Shown: piece after piece, positions 55,515 to 64,000 of the stretch
How positions within the stretch are numbered: the first letter of the stretch is position 1
How the letters are laid out: each line of letters begins with the position of its first letter
Origin: Macrostomum lignano
Taxonomy: Eukaryota
Assembly (NCBI GenBank): GCA_002269645.1
Contig: NIVC01002109.1
Coordinates: 78,398 to 142,397 of the forward strand
Direction: 5' to 3'
Length of the DNA: 64,000 nt
Position numbers and translations under genes: made by a program
Notes under the pieces: generated by a model
What the model saw: the letters and a program-made list of their open reading frames with translations, nothing else
Database searches by the model: none
Told to the model about the DNA's origin: nothing

Positions 55515-58043
55515 TATGATGCTTTATTATTGATGATCACACTGAGCAAAGCCTTTCTGTGAAATTATACACCAAAATCAAGAGTTTAGTCAAGTTAAAA
55601 TTCGCAACTGCAGAATAAGAACCTATAAATACCGATATCTGAAGAGTTATTAAGTAAGATTAGTTCAGCAGATCACTAGGCCTACCTCACTCAGCTCAAG
55701 AAACTGGCAAGTTAAATAAATTTATTTAGGTTTGTCTTATCTTGAAACTGTGCGTCATAATTAGTTATTAAAGAAATAATCATTGGCACCGAGCACAGAA
55801 ACACAACAGAAGATTTATTTCGCATAAATTAATATTGATAGAAAAATTAAGCGCCGGTTTAACTAAAGCAGTATTCACAATTTTTGTTTTAGTTGGAAGC
55901 TTTAAATACACGTGACGTAGTTTTTAGAGCCCCATTGGATTTACACAGATTGAATTTTATCGAAGATATTTTAGCTGAAATAATGGCAGGCGCTTTTGTC
56001 TATGGTAGCAATGGGGTAGCACAGCATCATTTGATTCGGTCCAATAATTCATGCATTTAATTATTACATGTAGCAGATGTAACTCGTGATTGCGCTTCAT
56101 ATCCGCTATATGGACCCAAATTTATTCAAATTTACATTGTAATTGTAAAAATTTCATTGTACGGCCTGTAGCAACAAGATGACATAAAAGCAGTCTGCTC
56201 TATCTACTAATAAAAATTTCGCATGGTTAAAACCTCCGATGCGCTTCGATCAAGACTCCTTTGACGTTTCGTTTGACAGTCCAAGTATAAACTGTAATTG
56301 CGTCCAACGATTCTGCATGGGGGCTTGATCTTGTTCCTCCACAGTAGTTGAAAATGAACCATTGCTTCCGTCCTCACTGCTTGTCAGTCATGTTTACAAT
56401 CTAAGGATGAAACTATATAAACCCACTTAAGCTCTTCGTGCTGCTGCTGGACGGCATGGGATGCTTTGATCGGACCGCGCCCGATCCCCTCGGCTGATAT
56501 GGCTTCAACTTCCTGCTGCACAAGACGCATCAGTTGCCGCCTCGGCGAAAAGCGCCCGAGTCGAGCGTGCAAATGGCTACGCCGACAACCTCGCGCTCGA
56601 TCTGTCCTCGTCCTGCCCAGCGCCAGATATGGACAGCAGGCTGGTCGAGGTGGCATCGAGTGTGTCCGCGGGCTGGTTGTCAACAGGCCGAGATGCTGAC
56701 TGTGCCGGCTGACATCCCAGCGGACCCGACGTGCCGCGGCGCAGACGGGCATACGACTAGGCTCGCACGCTGCAAGCGGTTAAATTACAAGTACCCCACG
56801 TGGAGAAAGACCTCGGTGGCGCAGAGGACTTGCCTGAGCGGCCTTCTGTTCGATCCGAGCCGCCCTCCAGTCCGAAATTCGAAGCGCTGCCCGACCACTG
56901 TCGAAACAATGCCGAGACGTGGACGCTGACGGCTACGCTGGAGCGGCATTTTGGACTTAGGTCTGCTCCGTGCGGCTTTTCGAGCTGACGCGAGAGCGTC
57001 GGGACCGAGGCCCTGTACGATCGGTGACTTCAACTGCATATGGCGGGCCACGTGATCATCCGGGCCGAGGGCTACTGCCCCCAACCTGTTCAGGACGTCC
57101 TGCTGCTCACCTTGCAGTAGGGCCCGTTCAGGCGGGGTCAGGCCCGAAATCCTCTGATACGTGGACTGCCTCCTGTACGACGCTGGAGCGCCCGACACCG
57201 CCGTCCGCTCTCAGGCTCTGCGATGCGCTGTAATTCTGCAACCTTTGCATGCGGGGCTGCGTGTTTTGTTGTAAGCCGAAACGAGCTGCAAAAGGCTGTC
57301 TGCTATATTATATATATAATACTGTTCCAAACATCCAGGAGACACAATGTTATTTGCTAAAAAAGTTGATAAAACTGGTGTTTATCAGTACAGTATTTTC
57401 TACTTACAGTAGAAGCAGCGCTAGTTGAGCCAATAAGAAACTTTTTTTAAACATTTGAAACTTCAGTAATTTACTGTTAAAATAGATAGTCGAGTGCAAC
57501 CGTATATTTTCTGATCGTGACCTCCTATTGAAATCAGAAAAAAAATTCAATTTTTTCAACTTAGAATCTATCTTTCTGCAACCGAAATTTACGCATTTTT
57601 ACAGTTTACTCAAAATAAATCGATAAATACTCGTAGATTTAAAAAGCTTGAGTGGCTAAAACCCCTATTTTTACACAATGCACCAACAATAAATCAGCAT
57701 TATTAAATAACTTGTGCGACGCATTGAAAACGTCGAGGCAATATTATTTAATCAGAATCAGCCAGTTGAATCAGACATGAGTATTATAACTGTATAGTGT
57801 AACTATTGTATCAGGAAAAAATTGAAGGCCTGGACAATTTTTGTCTAATTTCGATTTGAAAAAAATGTAAATAAGGTAATCATATCTCTAGAGTCACAAC
57901 ATTTTTTCGTTCCAATAATGTTCGTGGTAATAAAAACCTCTAAATTTGTAGCAATGCATTCTAGGCGGCCGTCAAATATAATGTCCAATTTAACTTACTC
58001 GTACATATAATTAGTCTTCATTCAGTACTAATTCATAAGAATT

Positions 58044-61000
58044 TCAATCTTCCGAAAGCAGATTCTCAGGTATGTCGGGCACAGCTTCCGCCCAAGCGAT
58101 CATGTCTGCACTCTCCATTTCCAACTCGGTGAGAAATTTTTTCGCCAGTTTCCACTTCTTCAAAGGGCCATGGACCGTTCCTGGGTTGCTTTTGTCCACA
58201 AACTTCACCTGTTGGATTTTCAGCTCGGGAAATGGCAGTTCCTGTTTTGAAATAAGATCAGGAAAAAAACATAATTGCAGATTTACGGTAATATTATTGG
58301 GTAGCAACATTTAACTTGAACAAAGAGAAATCAATTGAAACATAAAAAATTGAACTTTGACCTTGACCTCAAGTGTTAGACATCCTTTAAGTTAATTAGG
58401 ATAGTGAGTTTAACCCTTACCCGGCCTAAAATATCATACTCAACTTTTTGTTTTGACCTCAATTTAAGCACTAAACATTTGAAATTGAAAAAAGAGGGAT
58501 AAAATTGACCTAAAAAAGAAACGGTGACATTCATAATCGCCATTTTATTCACAAAATGAAGCAGGCTCAAAAATACACAATCTTCTCCTCTCCTCCATTC
58601 CTCTCCTCTCCTCTCCTCCATTCCTCTCCTCTCCTCTCCTCCATTCCTCTCCTCCTCTCCTCTCCTCCATTCCTCTCCTCTCCTCTCCTCCATTCCTCTC
58701 CTCCTCTCCTCTCCTCCATTCCTCTCCTCCTCTCCTCTCCTCCATTCCTCTCCTCTCCTCTCCTCCATTCCTCTCCCCTCCTCCATTCCTCTCCCCTCCT
58801 CCATTCCTCTCCCCTCCTCCATTCCTCTCCCCTCCTCCATTCCTCTCCTCCATTCCTCTCCTCTCCTCTCCTCCATTCCTCTCCTCCTCTCCTCTCCTCC
58901 ATTCCTCTCCTCTCCTCTCCTCCATTCCTCTCCCCTCCTCCATTCCTCTCCTCCATTCCTCTCCTCTCCTCTCCTCCATTCCTCTCCTCTCCTCCATTCC
59001 TCTCCTCTCCTCGCCTCCATTCCTCTCCTGCCAGACTCCTCCATTCCTCTCCTCTCCTCCCTTTCTCTCCTCTCCACTATCCCCACCTCTCCTCTCCTCT
59101 CCTCTCCACTCTTCTCCTCTCCTCTTCTTTCTCCTTTCCTCTCCTCTCCTCTCCACTCTTCTCTTCCTCTCCTTTCCTCTTCTCTCCTCTCTGCTGTCTT
59201 CTCTTCTCTCCTTCCCTATCCTCTCTCCGTTCTTTCCTCTCCTATTCAATACTCATCTCCTCTTGTTTCCTCCTCTCCTTTATTTTCTGATTCTCGTCTA
59301 GTTCCTTTCTCCTTTCTCCCTTTTCTCTTTTCCATTCTCTTTCCACTCTTCGCTCCCTAGAGCAACGCCTTTGGTGGCATCATCTTACTGTCTTACAGCC
59401 CCTTGACTTTCTAATCATGAAGCATGTGTAACAAAAGATTTCGAGCTAGCAAAAGCGGCCCCCCAAATGCCAACCGAGTCACCACCAACCTTAAATCGGC
59501 ACAGATTGGCCACGTGATTGCCGCACCGGCAGAGCAGGGCCACGCCAAGCGCAGTGAAGTTCGTGAAACTCTTGCTAGCAGATTGCTTTTTAGGCGTCAG
59601 CCGGTCAGTCAGCAGTTCAGCGTCCAGAGCCAGATGATGGCAGTCTTGAGCGATGCGCAGTTTGTCACTGCTGGTGAGCACTCTGTCGCAGCCCACGCAT
59701 TCAATGCTGAACACGGTGCCCCGATTCGCGTCGGCTTGAGCGGCGCGAATCTGGCGCTGTTGGCGAGCCTCTTGGCGTAACAAAGTTTGCTCTTGTTGAA
59801 CCTGCCGTGTAGTTTGATTTTTATTTCATTTTAAGGATCAATTTTAACTTGGATAGTTAAAAATTCTGAGAACAGCTAAGAGTCCCATTAAGACCTGAGA
59901 TACGAGGGGATTCATCATTGAGCCTTGGCAACTGAGAAATTCCACCAAGTAGCATGGGCAACTGAGAAATTCCACCAAGTAGCATGGGCAACTGAGAAAT
60001 TCCCCACATGGAGCCTCGGCATCTGAGAAATTCCCCCATAGAGCCTCGGCATCTGAGAAATTCTCCCATGGAGCCTCGGCATCGGAGAAATTCCCCCAAG
60101 CAGCCTTGGCATCGGAGAAATTCCCCCATGGAGCCTCGGCATCGGAGAAATTCCCCCATGGAGCCTCGGCATCGGAGAAATTCCCCCATGCAGCCTCGGC
60201 ATCGGAGAAATTCCCCCATGGAGCCTCGGCATCGGAGAAATTCCCCCAAGCAGCCTCGGCACCTGAGAAATTCCGCCAAGAAGTCTTAGTTTCTGAGAAA
60301 TCCCCCCCCCCCTAATAGAGCCTTGGCATCTGAGAAACCCCCCCCCTATTGAGCCTTGGCATCTGAGAAATTCCCCCCATAGAGCCTCGGCATCTGAGAA
60401 ATTCCAATGCCACAAACCTTGGCAACAAACTGTTCATCAGTTAATTGGTTTAATCGAGCCACAGCCTCCGTCATCATTGCGTCCCTGGACTGATTCAGTC
60501 GCTCCTTATCGCCCAGCCAGTTCATCTCGTCCGGCACGATCACGTGATACACGCTGCCCTCGGCGCGGCCCCGGCCCCGCTTTGCACCATAGCGATTTCG
60601 TTGGTCACGTGACAGAAACGGATAACAGCGTTGCACTTTTGCACGTCGAGGCCTCCTCTGTGACGCTGGTGCTGATGAGGATTTGCACCTTGCCGTTGCG
60701 GAACTGGCTTAGCAATTCCGATTGGCTTGTTTGGGTGATGCCGCCCTGGAGTGACGGTGGCGGCTAGTGAGCTGGCGTCTCCCCTACTGTCTCACCATTG
60801 CTCCCTCTCGTCTCACCATTGCCCCCTACTGTCTCACCATCGCCCCCTACTGTCTCACCATTGCCCCCTACCGTCTCACCATTGCCCCCTACTGTCTCAT
60901 CATTGCCCCCTACTGTCTCATCATTGCCCCTACTGTCTCATCATTACCCCCTACTGTCTCACCATTGCCCCTACTGTCTCATAATTGCCCCCTACTGTCT

Positions 61001-62421
61001 CACCATTGCCCCCTACTGTCTCACCATTGCCCCCTCCTGTCTCACTATTGCCCCCCCCTACTGTCTCACCATTGCCCCCCTACTGTCTCACCATTGCCCC
61101 CTACTGTCTCACCATTGCCCCTACTATCTCACCATTGCCCCTACTGTCTCATCATTGCCCCCCCCCCCTGTCTCACCATTGCCCCCTCCTGTCTCACTAT
61201 TGCCCCCCTACTGTCTCACCATTGCCCCCCCTACTGTCTCACCATTGCCCCCCCTACTGTCTCACCATTGCCCTACTGTCTCATCATTGCCCCCCTACTG
61301 TCTCATCATTTCCCTCCCTACTGTCTCATCATTGCCCCCCCCCTACTGTCTCATCATTGCCCCTCTACTGTCTCATCATTGCCCCCCCTACTGTCTCATC
61401 ATTGCTCCCCTACTGTCTCATCATTGCCCCCCCTTCTGTCTCATCATTGCCCCCCCCTACTGTCTCCAAAAATACTAAATAAACTTCAAAACTAGCGACG
61501 CTCACTGAGTCCCCAGAAGCATTGGCGCCGGTTATCACGCCGATTTGAACCCCGGCCGTACTCAGCTCGACAGCCTTGCTGACTAGAAAGCTTTTCACCA
61601 CGCCAGTAAAGCAGCGCTGCTGAACAAAGACCAACGCCCTGGAGTCCGGCTGGCGCTGGAACTGTTCGGCCAGGATCTGGCGCAGCTGATTCAGCGCTGG
61701 GCTGCAGCTGGCGGCGCTCAAGTTGCTGGCGCAGTAATCGCGCATCTGCGGCAGCAGGCGGCTCTGGAGGAGGTCGCGAAGTTCGGCGTCCAGCGGACAG
61801 GTTGGGTCTCTGTGGAGCGCGGAGATGAGGCTTATACGAGTATTATAGTGATGAAGCTGCTCTGATGCCTGAGGATCTCGGAGTCTGTCATCCCAATTCT
61901 GAGGATCTGTGGGAGTCTGTCATCCCAATTCTGAGGATCTGTGGGCCTGTCATCTCAAATTCTGAGGATCTGTGGCCTGTCATCTCAAATTCTGAGGATC
62001 TGTGGGCCTGTCATCTCAAATTCTGAGAATCTGTGGGCCTGTCATCTCAAATTCTGAGGATCTGTGGGCCTGTCATCCCAATTCTGAGGATCTGTGGGAG
62101 TCAAGTCATCCCAATTCTGAGGATCTGTGGGAGTCAAGTCAAACCCGAAACCCAAAGATAATCATAGCCCCACCTGCTAAGCACATTGGGATCGCACAGG
62201 TGCTCCTTAATATATTTCACAGCATCGTTGCTGCGGAACAGGCTCCATAGCAAGGTGGCCACATTGCAGTGGTGCAGCCGGACCCAAACTGCGGCTACTT
62301 CAACACTGCGAGCGACCAGTTTTGAGCGAAGTTCGCCGCAGAAATTCGTATAGAGAAAACTGCTGCGCGCTGGGGGAGTCGGCGCTTGCAGCCTCAGCTT
62401 CTCGCATGCGGTTGCTAGGCC
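58044..62421 (-). CDS. RIG-I-like receptor / Dicer-related helicase, 3' part; exons 62421-62174, 61809-61506, 60745-60418, 59801-59490, 58241-58044; two apparent 1-nt deletions in the 60745-60418 exon; 5' exons not found in the window
   Basis: Hel2i LHHCNVA..., motif IV ALVFVQQR, motif V LISTSVTEE(G)LD, motif VI MVQS(R)GRGRA, pincer region, and an RLR C-terminal Zn domain (CVGC...CRC, LPFPELKI...KKWK). Splice phases are consistent. Confidence 0.85.
58580..61465. repeat. Arrays in RLR introns: CT-rich 58580-59350, 30-bp 59915-60405, 21-bp cccctactgtctcaccattgc 60780-61465; a 30-bp array also lies at 61885-62140
   Basis: Direct reading. Confidence 0.92.
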
Positions 62422-63734
62422 CTGAAATTGCATGTACATCCTATCTATACTATATAGTAATTTAGTTTGTTAAATAAATAAAGTAAACAGGAAACTTAAA
62501 ATGTTTATTAAGTTGTTAGTGAATTAGAGTAGAGATAAAAAATGGGTTGAAAATTTAAGGAGGGTATGGAGGGGAAAGGAGGAGAGGGTATGGTGTGTTG
62601 TAACCCGGGTCGGCTTGGGTACCCAGTCCCGAGTACAATATATATTATATGTGATATAACAGGTGTTGTGACGCTCTGTCTGTACTTTTATGATACGACG
62701 AGCAGGCGTGGCGACGCTCTGCGATAATAATTCGATCCCTCTGGTGTTGTGACACTCAGAGTTCACGCTGCGGCTCGAGGTGTGGTGACACTCTCGAGTG
62801 CTTCTATTCTCTATACCGTAGGGCGTACGCAATATATATGGTAAACGGTACCGTACTACAGAAGCTATATGGTCTCCCGGCGTTATGACGCTCTGGCAAG
62901 AATACGGCCTAGCAAGCTTCCCGGAAAGAAAGGACTCAAACAGCAGGCGGCTTACCAGTGGCCAGATGACTGTTCACCGTTTATTATTCGCAGGTCTCAA
63001 GCGCAGTTTCCGACTTCTTCTTAATTCTCCAAGACTCTTCTCAATTAGGCTATTGTGTTTCTTTTATCCAAGTAGCTAATGTTGCTGTTTCTTTTATCGA
63101 AGTAGCTAATGTTGCTGTTTCTTTTATCAGGTCTCGCGCTTGCACTCTCGGAGCACACCAAAACACAAAAAGCACGCAGGAGGCGGGCAAGAGCCAGAGT
63201 CGCACCATAAATAGCACCCAAACCCTGGGCAGACGGCCGCCACCGGCTAAGCTCACCAAAACAAACCACGCCGGCCCAGCCAATCAAAAACCCCGCCTAA
63301 GGGGGAGGGGCTGCACCCGCGCCAAAGCTGGCCCGGCCGCAGCAACCAGCACCCTGAGCACGGGCAGGGCACGGCTGGGGAGGGGCACGCGCAAAGCCCG
63401 GCCGGGGCCAGACCCTGCCACGCCCGCCAACCCCCCAACCAGCCCAAAAGTGCAACGCGCCCTGCCAACTGACAAGGGCGCATGCACTACACCCTCCCCT
63501 CCTACAAAAAAAACAGGGGGAGCTCGAACCACGGCGACTGGGATTCCAAATTTTTTAAATAACAAAGCCAAAAAAAATCTAAAAACAACAAAAAAAATTG
63601 GGAACAAACTAATGCAACAGGAAAAGCAAAAAAAAAGGTTGCCGCAAGAAAAATATGAAAAAGGTACTAGTATTCTGCACGCGAGTTCGTCAGGAGCAAC
63701 CACGGGGCACGGAATAGGCTTTCAAAGCTGGCGG

Positions 63735-64000
63735 CACAGAAAACCATCGCAGGCGGCCGCAGGACGAGCAGATGGCCGGGCGGACGCGCAGGTTGCCGAC
63801 AGGACGCGCAGATGCGCGGGCAGGAAGCGCAGGTTGCCGACAGGACGCGCAGATGGCCGACAGGGCACGCAGGTTGCCGACAGGACGCGCAGATGGCCGA
63901 CAGGAAAGCCGCAGGTTGCGACAGACGCGCAGATGGCCGACAGGGCACGCAGGTTGCCGACAGGACGCGCAGATGGCCGACAGGGCACGCAGGTGGCCGG
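63735..64000. repeat. ~20/40-bp GC-rich minisatellite (gcaggttgccgacaggacgcgcagatggccgacagggcac), runs off the window
   Basis: Direct reading. Confidence 0.9.

Noticed and set aside
58376-59290. Glu/Arg-rich and Ser/Pro/Leu-rich ORFs of more than 230 aa
   Set aside because: They come from a CT-rich low-complexity array in an RLR intron.
61810-61860. Extra in-frame LHHYN... extension of the RLR exon
   Set aside because: Phase matching with the upstream phase-2 donor places the acceptor at 61810/61811, so this stretch is intronic pyrimidine tract.

Overview
This is animal genomic DNA with GT-AG spliced genes and introns and intergenic regions filled with minisatellites and transposon remnants. 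The architecture suggests a free-living flatworm such as Macrostomum, but this is inference only. Genes on +: a 4-exon neuromedin-U/pyrokinin/CAPA-type GPCR (1264-19977, one apparent 1-nt frameshift), then a co-oriented housekeeping cluster of a KAT7/HBO1-like MYST acetyltransferase, SDHAF3, ELP5 and mitochondrial EF-Ts (TSFM). That cluster looks like a spliced-leader (SL) operon, and SDHAF3 seems to need the SL-terminal AUG as its start codon. Genes on -: a RIG-I-like helicase (5' part beyond the window) and CHMP5. Mobile DNA: a RAG1/Transib/Chapaev-like transposase with one stop, an intact mariner ORF, a decayed hAT, a solo LTR with 4-bp TSD, a CORE-SINE, a Penelope-like remnant carrying a minimal hammerhead ribozyme, several MITEs and Helitron-like pieces. 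The most unusual observations are (i) two degenerate orphan copies of the 28S rRNA helix-69/R2-target segment, one with a hAT MITE inserted in its core, and (ii) two pairs of inverted, nested minisatellite arrays inside the putative polycistronic transcript. Most long ORFs in the supplied track are tandem-repeat artefacts. All coordinates were read by eye and no searches were run.
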